DNA of 64,000 nt from Octopus sinensis (lineage: Eukaryota): the NCBI RefSeq assembly GCF_006345805.1, contig NC_042997.1, positions 155,310,001 through 155,374,000 on the forward strand, written 5' to 3'. The translations under genes and the position numbers were made by a program. Position 1 is the stretch's first letter; every line of letters starts with the position of its first letter. The notes below the pieces were generated by a model, which was not told where the DNA came from, searched no databases, and saw only the letters and a list, made by a program, of their open reading frames with translations. This document shows positions 12,748-25,588 of this stretch, one piece after another.

Positions 12748-12882
12748 CACTGGTGTAAGGGAACTTTGAGATACTGCAGTGTTTCAACCTTATTGTGCAT
12801 TCAATCCGTTGGAATAGCTTTCACTGAGGAAACACAATGAGGTCAAAACATAGCAATGTCTCAAAGTTCCCTTACACTGGTG
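12748..12882. mobile_element. 135-bp MITE with ~24-bp TIRs; a partial inverted copy lies at 12366-12467
   Basis: CACTGGTGTAAGGGAACTTTGAGA ... TCTCAAAGTTCCCTTACACTGGTG. Confidence 0.65.
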
Positions 12883-13809
12883 AACAACATGTTAAGAACA
12901 CACTGCTGTAGGTGAAGAGAGGAGATGCTCTCTTATGCAAACAAAAGTACAAGAGACATTCACATTCGAATCTGTTAGAATGTATTGAGAATGGATATAT
13001 ATATGTGTGTGTGCCGTACTGAAAAATATTTTTCAATATGGCAAAAAGCCAATTAATAACTATTTTAAGGCGATCTATGTAAACACATACCTACATACAT
13101 AAATATACATACATATACATAAACACAGAAACATATATATATACACACAAAATACATAAACATAAGCGATTCACCTGAAAAAAAATAAAGAAATAAATTT
13201 TTTTTACAGAAATTGCCGAATACTTTCAGTTATGATATACTTTCTTCGAAAGATCGCCCTAATTTGAGTAATTACATAAATACAAAATCGAAGAAAAGAC
13301 TAAGACACGAGAATTAAACAATAATATTCATTTACAAGACAAACTCTTTTTAAATAATGTTCGTAAATAATGATCACCAAGGGTTATGTAAACGTCTGAA
13401 ATCATAGAGAAATATTCCATTTTAAACCATTTGTCTATTTTAGGTTTTATTTACTAATGTGTGTTTGTGTATGTTTATATTAGGTCCAGGAAGATTGAAT
13501 CAAAATATTGTATCGATACATCAATTACAGCGTATGCGAGTCTTCGTATGAATATCAATAAGAGACAGAGAATATCTGTGCGTACACACATGAATGTGTG
13601 CGTGTGTTCGCATATCAAAACAGCAAACCTTTCCTTTTTAAAGGATTGGAACCAAGTCAAAAACCTAAGATAATTACGTGCATGCGAGACTAGATAACAC
13701 TTTATGCCTCTCTTTAAAGGCTGGATTTCGGAAAATAAAACGGATTTTACTTTTTAAAAACACGTTGTTATTTTAATCAAATATATAAATATTGAAATAT
13801 GGTTCCTAC

Positions 13810-14163
13810 CTTGATACTTGTTTGTCGACCGTATGCAAGCAGAACTCTATAGACGGGGTCATAAGAGAAAAGACCATAAGCGAAAATGACAAACATGAAA
13901 AACTGTACGACGAAGCGGGCCCATTTCTTACGTTTAGCTTTTTTGATGCTATTTAGAAAAGGAGTGGTGGCTTCTTCAATTTGAAGTGGACTGTATCCAG
14001 ATTTTAAACAAAAATCACGCAATACACAGAATTCTTTCTCCACTAAAGCTAGTTTCTCTTCGATTGACAAAGATTTTTCTTCTGCTGTAGGTGAACATTC
14101 ACGCTTCTTATCAGCCTTTTCGGCGTGCTTAGCGCTACTTTTATTTCCTCGTTTGGTTGACAT
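13810..14163 (-). CDS. C6orf89: C6orf89/BRAP-like gene, coding exon 1 (MSTKRG...TM helix...GRQTSIK)
   Basis: ATG at 14163, 118 codons, AAG|GTAGGA donor at 13809. Contains EKEFCVLRDFCLKSGYSPLQIEEATTP followed by hydrophobic WARFVVQFFMFVIFAYGLFSY, matching the type II membrane architecture of C6orf89. Family assignment is from recall, not a search. Confidence 0.8.
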
Positions 14164-16444
14164 TTTGCAAGTGACGAATTGCTTTCCAAACAAACAATTA
14201 TCAATTATAAAATGCTAATATTGACAAGGTAGGTAACTCTCAATTGGCAAATTCTCCAGAAAAACAAAAATAAATTGAATTTATTTTAGAGAAGTTTTAT
14301 CGGTAGATTAGAAAGATAAATACAATTTTAATTTCTTTTCCAAATATAGTGCTGTGTAGATATACGAAGTGATCGTGAAAATATAAAGTGCTCAGAGGAA
14401 ATCCGAAGCCTTGTTTCAGAGAAATAGTTGTTTCAAATGTTGGCACAAGGCCAGCAATTTTAGTGGGTCGGGATATACGGTTACATCGAGCTCGGTACTT
14501 GATTGATACTTTACACAGTTGGAAAAATGTTTATCAATCCTTACGCACGACAGTCTTGAATGAATAACATTCATGTTCCCATACAGAACAGATACAAGAT
14601 AAAGTAATGATTTTTATCATTGGCAGAAGGCTGTAGTTCAGTGGTTCACAACTGGGGGTCCATAAAAAAATTGTGGCGGGAGAGCAAGCAAAATAGTAAA
14701 TTAGGATCATCATCATCATCGTCGTCATCATCATTTGGCGTCCGTTTTCTAAGCTGGCATGGGCTAGACAGTTTGAATGTAACCGATATGCCAGAGAGCT
14801 GTACCAGGTTCCAGTTTGATTTTGACTTGATTTCTACATCTGGTTCCTAAAGCCAAACATTCCAAGAGTTTAATGGGTGCCATTTACGTGTCACTGTCAA
14901 AGATGCCTTTTGTATGTCACTAGCCCTGTCCATGGGTCCATGAAAAAATTTTGTATTTAATTCAAGAAACAACTAAGTTTCTTCATCCCACGTCCTACAT
15001 AGTTCAACATGTTTTCTGCCACTGAAAAATGTTCTCTCAGAGAGTTGTATTGCAAACCTACACAAAGAAATGAATGAAAAACAAAACAGGAATTTTGAAA
15101 GAAGTGACTATAAAACTAGTTTTTAAGCATCGAATGTCTGTGAGGGCCCACTGCTGTAGATTCTATTATACATTAGTTCTTGATTTGTATTCATTTTATC
15201 AACCACTGTAGTTTAAAAAAGAAGTCAACCTCAGCAGAATTACAATTCAGAACATGAATGAAAGCAACTGGATATGGCAAGATATTCCAAATGATGCTTA
15301 ACTAGTTTTCTTACCTATCTACAAGCTTTGGGTCATCCTCGTGAAGGTTAAACCAGCACAGATTTTCAAAAATTTTTAGAATGCCTTGAAAAATTAATAT
15401 AGCAGAATGGTGAAATAGTTTATTTTCAACCAGATATCAATACTAGGACAATTTTTTCCAGCTCTAAACTATTTCGAGGATATAAAAAATATTTGTGTTG
15501 GAAATGTCGCATCCATTTTTTTCAGACACATCTCACTAGGGAAATGATAAGTGTGACCACAAATATTGTTATCCAGCAAACTCATTAGCATTTTTCGAAA
15601 TTTCAAGGTGAATGTGAACAAATACTAAAAGGCTTTTTCATATTGCTCTGGGGAATTTCAGAGAATTAACAGTTAATATTTTCAGGTGAAAAAATTTATG
15701 TGATATGTGATGTCATGTACATCACACATTTTGTATCCTCTTCAAAGTATTCACTATATATTCCAGGTAAAAATATTTTTGTATAATACTTGCCTGGTTA
15801 GTCAAACTTTACTGTGAAAAATGAATAAATACGATTCTTCCGAAAGTTCAATATTTATGGCTAAGATATTCCATATTTTGTATCTCTATCTGTAATGGAC
15901 CTCTTTAGACATCATGGCATAATAAAATATATTGGAATAAAATAACTGTAACATCAATGTTATAATTTCTTCCTCTTGTGGAAAGTTTTTTTTATTCAAA
16001 AGAATATGTGGAATAGAAATAATTATGTGTATGGTACGGAAACTTACAAGATTCTTACACAGACACAAGCGCTCAAATACTGGAGCTAAAATTCAGTTGA
16101 TTAAATTGAATATCAACATGACTGGTACTCTTGATTTCTAACACTGGCCATACAGTATGGAACGGTTACAACCAATTAAATGAAACTCAGTTCCTGAGTG
16201 ATAGTTTATTTTATCAACCCTAATACTTGAGCAGTAATTCATTTTATCAATATCAGAAAGATGAAAAGCAGAGTTGACCTCAGCTGGATTTCAACCCAGA
16301 ACATACGTGGGAATAACTAAACATTGTAAGGTATTTTGCTCCATGTGTTAATCGTTTTTCCAACCCACTCCCATTTTAATAATCATTATTTCTTTTATGG
16401 TGAAGGTGCATGGCTCAGTGGTTAGAGTGTCGGGCTCAAAATCT

Positions 16445-16745
16445 GAGCATCTGTGGTGATTATTGCCCCTGTGCATCTGCCGCACACGAAAGCTATCTTC
16501 TCGGTTAATTTTCCTTTGATGTTGCTGCACCTTTTATGCGCCCATAGCTTACACTGGGTACATCTTATGGAGTTTCTACCTACACATTTTCTATAGATTG
16601 AGCAGGGCCACCTACGAAAGCTATCTTCTCGGTTAATTTTCCTTTGATGTTGCTGCACCTTTTATGCGTTCATAGCTTGCACTGGGTACATCTTATGGAG
16701 TTTCTACCTACACATTTTCTATAGATTGAGCAGGGCCACCTACCT
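16445..16745 (-). mobile_element. LINE (RTE/RTE-X-like) Cys-rich PHD-like segment present as a 128-bp tandem duplication
   Basis: WPCSIYRKCVGRNSIRCTQCKLWAHKRCSNIKGKLTEKIAFVCGRC. Units start at 16486 and 16614 and differ at only about 3 positions. Confidence 0.65.
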
Positions 16746-17779
16746 GAGGGGGTGTACGATGAGTTCGTTTTCTTACTTACTAAAACTTTGGTCTTTTAAA
16801 ATTTTCCATTCCAAAGAAATAAGTTTGTTAGAGTCTCTAAGATGCCAGATTAGTTTACTAAGTCCAGTGAAGTTACGCTTTTGATTGTATTTGAAGGTAG
16901 AAAAATGGTTAGCCAGACTGAATTTCAAAAACGTAGGGGATAGACCTATATAAAAAAAAATTCCTTGTTACCAGGGGTAACTTTGCATTGGTATACGGCA
17001 TTTTTAATTCAGCAGTTTCTGTTTAGGACACAAGTTTTATTAGGGGCACAACTGTAAATGCTGGTTACATTGATGTTATCATTTAAGGAGAGATTATCGT
17101 TAATTTTATTTTTTGTATTAATAAGATTACTAGAATTATTAGGAGAGAAACTGTAACATCTTAGGATATGACTGTTATGTGAAGATATAATTTGTGAGAC
17201 TCTGATACAGTGTATGCTGTAAACCGAGTGGTACCTTGAATTAATAGGAAAGTTTCTTTCTATAGGAGAAGGTTACTTTTTACTTGTTTACCATATGAAA
17301 TAATCAACCATATGTTTTTGTTAGGGTTGTGTGATTGTTTGCGAGATTTATTATTTAAATGCCTAGTGTTATTATTGTAGCTTAAAAAGGAAGAGGTTAC
17401 TTCCCTTCGACTGTTTATTTTCAAGATTACGAAGGTAAGGAGAATGGTTACTTTGATTGAAATTTGGTATTGTTTGGAATATTGAACAATCGTGGGAGCA
17501 AGATAAATACTCTTGTTGTTATTGTGTCTGTTACTGTTATTAATGTTATTACTACTGTATGTATGTATGAGTGCGTGCTTGCATGTGTGTGCATGCATAT
17601 ATGTGCGTGTGTGTTCAATTTCTCTTTTTAATTTAATATAAATTTTGACCAGCACCTGCTTGGTAACAAAGTCTTGAAGGAAAGCATCTTGTTTTGAACA
17701 TCATCCTTTAAATCTTAGGAAGGTCTCGCAGGTTTTTATAGTCTCAGTTTCGTGATCATTAGTAGTGTATGGTTTCAGG

Positions 17780-17960
17780 ATTTGCTTCCTCTCTCCAAGA
17801 ACCCAAGTTCAGCCAGATTTTGCTCCAGATGGGTTGGTATGTATCCTGTTACTCCAATAATAATAAGGATGATTCTGAAAGTGTATCTTGGGTACTGGAT
17901 TTTCAAACTCCTCATCAATGGTCAATAGACGTCCTCTTTCTTTTGTATTTTCCAAACCAT
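17780..17960 (-). mobile_element. Degenerate RLE-type (R4/NeSL-like) LINE C-terminal remnant
   Basis: One minus frame reads IILIIIGVTGYIPTHLEQNLAELGF, resembling the PIVIGALGxIPxxLxxNLxxLG tail of RLE LINEs. Confidence 0.45.
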
Positions 17961-19429
17961 ATTGGTGCCCAGAGGGAATAAGCAAGAGAGAGGGAGATAA
18001 AAGGAGAGAGCAAGGGGCAAAGAAAATATAGTTTGAAAGAATGCGTGTAGTACTAACCATGAGAAGCAACAGTGAAGGGAGGATCGTTGTTGTTAACTCA
18101 CCTTTTGCAGCTTGGACCAATGTTTGATAATGAACATTTGCTCATACAAACAAGATGTAAAAGTTACAAATTTGGCATTTAGGTATGAGTGAGTTCTTAA
18201 GTATCTGTCTCTTCTGAAGGCTGTTTTGAAATAAAAACATGAAATAAAGTTTAAAGCTTGTTCGTTATTTATGGCATGGCTTCAACAAATCAAGCAAAGC
18301 TAAAATAGATTCTTATACACTGCTAGTTATTACATCATCATCATCATCGTTTAACGTCCGCTTTCCATGCTAGCATGGGTTGGATGGTTCAACTGGGGTC
18401 TGGGAAGCCAGAAGGCTGCACCAGGCCCAGTCTGATCTGGCAATGTTTCTACGGCTGGATGCCCTTCCTAACACCAGCCACTCCGTGAGTGCAGTGGGTG
18501 CTTTTTATGTGCCACCGGCGATAATTTTCAATACACTGATTTCATTTACTTGTGTCATGCTCATTCATATAAACTGTTCACTGTTTTTAAATGTGCAAAA
18601 GCTCCAATGCGTTATTAATACAAAGGTGAATTCCAGTCTTTGATGTACACCTGACATCTTTCACGGCATGGCAAGATGGATTTCAATATCTTGGTGTGCC
18701 AGCATAGAAAAGTTTGTCTACTTTATTGTAAAGTGATCTTTGATTCCATTTATTTAAATTTATAATTTCTTTAATGTGATTTAATAAACATCTCTCAAAA
18801 TAAACTAAACTACTGTCTGTTCTGATCTTTACTAATTGACAAATCATTAAAACAACCTATCTTACAATTTTTTTTTTTTCTCAGTTTAACCTTGCTTCCT
18901 AAAATCTTAGACATCTCAGCACCATTGTAACTAAGAATAGATAAACTTGGTTTTCAGAGGAATAATTCACTCTTTTACCAGTTATGAAAATTGACGAATG
19001 TTTGGGAATATCAACTTGTGGAATCAAGTGCTTTAAAACCCGAGTATCTAACAATTGCAACCCTTTATCCAAATTTCAAGTGGATGCCATCCATTTCCAG
19101 TATCTACCTACTCTGTTAAAGACATATGAGTGTTACATCCAATAGCCTGTAGGCACATAAAAAAAGAAAGAAAGAAACAGGGTAAGTAGGCATAAATACA
19201 GAATGGTACCCCAACCCCAACTTTGCTAGTTCATAACTTCCATAAAAATGCAGTTTTTAATGAAGTTTTACAGAGATATATTTTCTAGTGTGTATATTAT
19301 GATTATGCTGGTATAACAGATTTTTTTTTTCTGATCAATCTTCCTTACTGACTTTGTTACTACCAATTTTGATAACTTAAGCATTACAGTTCTATATTTA
19401 AGAGATGAGGAATTATTTACATTTAACGG

Positions 19430-19608
19430 ATATTTGTCCTCATCTTGTTTGTTGTTAACAAAATGTTCCAGCTGATATACCCTCCAGCCTTCATCAGGTG
19501 TATTGGGGAAATTTCGAACCTGGGTTCTCATTCCTAAGGTATTTTTTGATGTTGTTGTTGTTATTATTATTATTATTATTCGAGTCACTGCCTGGAATCG
19601 AACTCGGA
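19430..19608 (-). mobile_element. SINE-like repeat: tRNA B-box head, (AAT)n, and a Penelope-type hammerhead-like core; head truncated by the CR1 insertion
   Basis: Minus strand reads GAGTTCGATTCCAGGC...(AAT)n...CTGATGA-AGGCTG-GAGGGTATAT-CAGCT-GGAAC. Confidence 0.5.
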
Positions 19609-21717
19609 ATCTTTGGGCAGCATGTGCAGCATCAGTACCACGCAAGCACAAAAAAACCACCCAATAGTGCAATTTGGGAGACTGCAGCAGTCCGACTTGC
19701 CAGGAAAGAACGCCGTAATGCTGAACAGGAATACAAATTGCATAAATCAGAGAGCAACAGGAAAAAGCGCAATAGGTCAGCCAACCACCTCAAGCAGGTG
19801 ACAAAAAAGGCAGTGCTTGAATTTGAACAACGCATTGCAGCTAACCCTGACATCAAAGTGTTCTGGAAGTATGTGCACTCAAAGCAGAGACCCCACTCTC
19901 CAGTTGGTCCCCTTTGCAATCCCCACACAGGACAGATTACTGGCAATCCCGAAGAATGTGCAGAAATCATTGCTGGATGCTATGCCGGCATCTTTACTGT
20001 CGAAGACCAAAATGTTCCATCTTCATCACCACTGACATCGGACTCTATATCTACTATGCAATTTACACCAGCAATGCTGCAACGCCACCTTAAGAATAAA
20101 TGCAATTATGCTTCTCCTGGTCTCGATGGTGTTACATACCTACTTCTCAAACGCGGTGGGTACTTTCTTCTAAGCCAACTTTTTCTATTCTTCCAATTCT
20201 GTCTTGACAATGGTGTTACTCCAGAACAGTGGAAAACTGCTAGTGTCATCCCTCTGTTCAAAAAAGGCGACCGCACATCGCCTGTCAACTATTGCCCCAT
20301 CAGTCTTACTAGCTGCATCGCCAAACTGATGGAATCCTGTATCAGAGAGACCCTCTGGAACTTCTGGAAGTCTCACAGTCTCATCCAGCCGTCACAATTC
20401 GGATTTATTGTAATCAACTCATCGAGTTTCTTGAGGACGTTACCCAAATCACTGATCACGGATCCTGGGTGGATGTTGTTTACCTGGACTTTGCTAAGGC
20501 TTTTAACTCTGTGCCACACAAAAGACTTATGGTGAAGCTTTCTGCGTTGGGTGTAAGAGACGAACTCTATAACTGGTTGAAGTCCTTTATTTTCGGCCGA
20601 AAAGAGGCTGTCACAGTTCTAGGACAGCACTCTTCGCCCTATGAGATGACATCTGGTGTACCACAGGGATCTGTTCTTGGCCCCCTTTTATTTGTTGCAT
20701 ATGTTAATGACATAGATGCCAACTTAAAGAATGCCACAGTGCTGAAATATGCAGATGACATCAAGCTGTACCTCGAAATAAAGAGGTCAAATCCTGTACA
20801 CTATAGATCTCTATTGCAAGCAGACCTGGACACAATGCAGCAGTGGATCATGGACTGGCAACTCAAGCTGGCTGTGGACAAATGTACCACCATGCATTTT
20901 GGGAGGAGAAACCCAGCGTCCACCTACTCCCTCCACAACACTAGTCTCAAAAAGTCTTCATGTGAACGTAACCTGGGTGTTATTGTCGACAGTGATTTGC
21001 GTTGGACAAAACACATCACTAAAATTGTCAAGAAGGCTGAGGGTGTCTTGGCATCACTCACCAAATCCTTTGTGAGCCGCTCTCCGGCTATCTATCTCCG
21101 GCTTTATATAGCTATGGTAAGACCTCACCTGGAATTTGCATCACCGGTCTGGAACCCCTATCTTGCCCAGGATATCAATCGTCTGGAAGCTGTTCAGCGA
21201 CGTGCAACCAAAAGAATACCCTCCATCAGGCATTTGCCATATCCTGAATGCCTTACTTCCCTGGACATGGACACCTTGAAACTCCGACGTCTGGCAGCTG
21301 ACTTGGCAGACACCCATAAAATTATCAACCATCGTACAAACAATAACTCTGAGCACCTTTTCAAACTCCACCCATCTAACACCCGTGGACATATTTACAA
21401 AGTCAGAAAACAGCACAGTTCCCATGACTTTAGGAAACATTTTCTCACACTGAGAGTTGCTGAAGCATGGAACAAACTGCCGGCATCAGTTGTTAGTTGT
21501 CGGAACACTGCATCCTTCAAAACTTCCATGCTTTCTGAGATTCGCCAACACTACACCTGATTTTCTCCCCTCCATACACACACAAGCATGTATCTGATTC
21601 ATATATTGTTCGCTTTCCAGACATTTTTACATTACTGCATGTACTTTATATGCACTTTCTGACAAGTTGTGGTGCACCTGAGCACTGTATACAATAATTT
21701 CATAATTATATTATTAT
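19609..21717 (+). mobile_element. CR1-clade LINE, 5'-truncated ORF2 (RT + C-terminus) and 3'UTR with (ATT)n tail; one frameshift
   Basis: RT motifs WKTASVIPLFKKG, YLDFAKAFNSVPH, GVPQGSVLGPLLF, YADD; CR1-type end TRGH...RVAEAWNKLP...FK. A ~16-bp deletion at about 20408 relative to the 57.9-kb copy explains the frameshift between ORFs 19498-20535 and 20469-21560. Confidence 0.95.
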
Positions 21718-21719
21718 TC

Positions 21720-21890
21720 ACCAACACTACACCTGATTTTCTGCCCTCCATACACACGCAAGCATGTATCTGACTCATACACTGTTCACTTTCCAGACAT
21801 TTGTACATTACTGCATATGCTTTATAAGCACTTTTTGACAAGTTGTGGTGCACCTGAGCACTGTATACAATAATTTCATTATTATATTAT
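21720..21890 (+). mobile_element. Second CR1 3'UTR fragment directly behind the first element's tail
   Basis: Repeats 21546-21717 with many substitutions and ends in its own ATT tail. Confidence 0.85.
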
Positions 21891-22989
21891 TTTTATGTGT
21901 TTCACATTAAATAATTTCACTTTATCAATAGCATGTGGATGAAAGCAGTCAAAATTCTTTTGTATTAAGTGCTTGAAGACATTAGTGTTATAGCAAGATG
22001 CACAACTGTTACTTTAAATATAGAATATTATATACGAACTAAACCCATGGATATTCCAAGAGTAGGCAACAACTACAACATTCTTATTTTATTTCATACT
22101 GAAAAAATAGTTTCCACTGCTATGAAATAGACTTCACTAAAAGCATTATTTCAACACATAGCAACATGTAAAATGCAAAAATATTTTCTAGTGTGTGTAT
22201 ATACTACAAGATAAATTCCTGTAGCAGTTTTTTAGTGAAAAATTTGTTCATGATGATATTTCACTGTAGCTAGGCCAATTCCTGTTCAAATATCATCCCT
22301 ATCATTAACAGCTATTTATAAATAGAGTGAATTAAATGAAAAACAACAATTGACTAGCATATGATTTTCTTATGTAAACAACTATATATCTTCACTTAAA
22401 CACACTCTTTATATAATTGTAAAGTAAACATGAATATATGGTACATTATCATCATCATCATTGTCATTTAGTATCTGTTTGTCATGCTGGCATGGGTTGG
22501 ACAGTTTGAAAGGAACTGGCAAGCCAGAGAGTTGCATCAGGCTCCAATTATCTGTTTTGACATGGTTTCTACAGCTGGATACTCTTCCTAATGCCAACCA
22601 CTTTACAGAGTGTACTGAGTGCTTTATACATGGCACCATCACAGATGCTTTTTACATGGTAGCAGCATAGGTGCTTTTTATGTGGAACCAGCACAGATGC
22701 TTTTAGGTAGAACCAGCACAAGTGATTTTTATGTGGCATCAGTACTCTTGAGCTCCAAGTCATGGACCTCTCAACTGAGTAAGGGATCGAAAAGAACTCA
22801 TCATTGTTGCTGGTAATTTCAGACTAACTCTGCATGTATTGCTTGGAAGGAACTGAACTGACAAGATCAATGTTTGTCTGAAAAGGTCTAATCCTAAGTC
22901 CCATGTTCAGTGATTGAACCTTACTGCCATGTGAGTATGATTGATGATAATGCTGTTGGTGAGTTCACCACTCAGTCACTCAACGTGTG

Positions 22990-23812
22990 AAATGGACTTC
23001 TGATAACCAAATTCAAAAGTGGTGAAAAGTTGGACATAAGAGGCATCAGATGTGCGCTAGTATGGTCATGTGATGTGTATGGATGTGGACAGCTGTGTGA
23101 AGAATTACCGATCTCTACCAGTGGAAGGAAGCTGTGGAAGACTTGGGACGAGGTGATGAAGCATAATCTTCAAACCTTGCACCTCACAGAAGCAATGACT
23201 AGTGACCAAGACCTTTGGCAATATGCCATGCTTGAGAAGACCTGTAAAGTCAAGTGAAATCATAGTTGTGGTTGTTGTTGGTGTCACATAACTGGCACCG
23301 ATGCTGGTGGTACATAAAAAGCACCTTTAAAGCACTGGGCCTCACAGAGGCAATGACAAATGACTTAGACCTTTGGCAATTTGCTGTGCTTGAGAAGGCC
23401 TGTCAAGCCAAGTAAAATCATTGTTGTGGCTGTTGTTGGTGTCACATAACTGGCACCTATGCTGGTGGTACATAAAAAGCACCTTTCAAGCACTGGGCCT
23501 CACAGAGGCAATGATAAATGACTTAGACCTTTGGCAAATTGCTGTACTTCAGAAGGTAGACCCATCAAGCCAAGCAAAATTGTAGTTGTGGCAGATACTG
23601 GTGTCACGCAACTGGCACCCATGCTGGTGGCATGTAGAAGCACCCATTACACTCTCAGAGTGGTTGGCATCAGGAATCACATCCAGTGGTAGAAACTATG
23701 CCAAATCAGACTGGAGTCTGGTGCAGCCCATCGGCTTACCAGCCCTGGTCAAACCGTCCAACCCATGCCAGCATGGATAATGGACACTAGATGATGATAA
23801 TGATGATGATGA
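22990..23812 (+). mobile_element. RTE-clade LINE 3' end with three 158-bp tandem modules and a (GAT)n-tailed 3'UTR. Isolated 3'UTR copies at about 5020-5330, 18335-18520, 38985-39150, 49600-49935, 50400-50690, 62440-62790
   Basis: Degenerate ...GRKLWKTWDEVMKHNLQTLHLTEAMTSDQDLWQYAMLEKTCKVK*. Modules start at 23182, 23340 and 23498, then ...CCAACCCATGCCAGCATGGA...GATGATGAT. Confidence 0.8.
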
Positions 23813-25306
23813 ATTATGCTACTGTGTAAATTAGATCCTCAAAAACTTTGCAATGACACAAGCCTCACCTAGAGGTATGAAAATCATATGAAAATTTGCT
23901 GGTGGCAGTTACTTCACTCCTAGAATAACTCTAAAGGCAACTGATTGCCATTTGAATTTTGAAGGCTTCAATTTCTCATTAGATTCAGTTTTGTTTTGAT
24001 CATGAATGAATCTGAAGTACAATCATTAAAAGTTCTTAGACACTGTCTTTTTACAAGATCAGTTTCATTTTGGTCTGTCAAGAGCAGAGAACCCTAGTTG
24101 TCACTCTATTCTAATATCACATGGCAAAACCAAGAATATTGTTTATCCTTGGGTTTTTGAAGGAACAAATAAGTGAATAAGATCAATTTACAGCAATCCC
24201 TACTTCACTAACAATTTGCAGAGATTTTAATATTTTACTCATATACTTTGTAATAAAGGCTGAATTTTCCATATTACTGCAAAGTGATTTTCGATAAAAT
24301 ACCCAGGCATCTGCAAGCACTTCAGCTAGTATGTGTATATCTCTCCATATATATATATATACAAAATGAGAAAATGGAGAAATATATCTAAATCAATCAT
24401 CAACTATCAGATAATACCCAATCAATACTTTATTAAACCACTACACAATAGCAATGATATTATACATTAATATAGTACAAATATAACAAGACATAGAAAT
24501 AGAAATAGAAATACATTTACATTGTAGCTGTACCTGTATTTCAAAGGGCTGACCTCGTCACACTCTGTTTCATGCTGAATCTCTCTGAGAACGACGTGGA
24601 GTGCTCAGCCACTTGCACATTAATTTCACGAGCAAGCTGTTCCGTTGATCGTATCAGCTGGGACCCTCATTGTCGTAACCGACAGAGTGCTCCTGTATAT
24701 GTATGTGTAAGTATGCATATATGTATATGTAGGTTTGCAGACAGCATTTGACTTAGTTCAGAAGACGTGCAGTTTTCCTTACAGAAACACCAATAGACAT
24801 CGCCCTGTGTTTTATTATTGAGGTCAGGTTGTACAACCAAGTTGGGGGTTGTATTTCATGAACTAGGTTTTCTTAAATCATAAACTCCATTAGGTTTCTA
24901 ATGAATTGACAGTAACTAGGTAGAAATTTATAAGTGATTACCAGCATTTGTGTTTGAATGTTATTTATTTTACTTGATTAATGCTAAGTCAATAACAAAT
25001 GTATCTCACTTGGCATGTCATTTGCTGACTGACAAAAGCACCACTGAAGAATACATCTGTTACTTGTTAGTTTATTCAGCCAACAACACCTCACTATCAT
25101 AGTGCACAATGACAATTAATTAAACATAGAAGTGAAGTATGCATAATTAATTCCAGGTAGAATTGTTGAATATGGCAAGCAATGCAGCAACAGGGAATTT
25201 GAGAAACAGCATGGACCATCATCAACTGTAAAAAACTATTTATGACTAGAGAAAACAGGAGGAGACATTAAAGGAAATGGAAATTAAAAAAATATATAGA
25301 CTTTAA

Positions 25307-25588
25307 TAATAATAATAATAATGAAATTATTGTATACAGTGCTCAGGTGCACCACAACTTGTCAGAAAGTGCATATAAAGTACATGCAGTAATGTAGAAA
25401 TGTCTGGAAAGTGAACAGTGTATGAGTCAGATACATGCTTGTGTGTGTATGGAGGGGAGAAAATCAAGTGTAGTGTTGGCGAATCTCAGGAAGCATGGAA
25501 GTTTTGAAGGATGCAGTGCTCCGACAACTAACAACCGATGCTGGCAGTTTGTTCCATGCTTCAGCAACTCTCAGCGTGAAATCAAAAA
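25307..25588 (-). mobile_element. CR1-clade LINE 3' fragment
   Basis: Reverse complement of the last ~280 bp of the CR1 at 19609-21717, with (AAT)n tail. Confidence 0.9.

Noticed and set aside
23182-23620. Regularly spaced repeats resembling a CRISPR array (also 35751-36155)
   Set aside because: Eukaryotic context; units are whole tandem duplications with no unique spacers and no cas genes.
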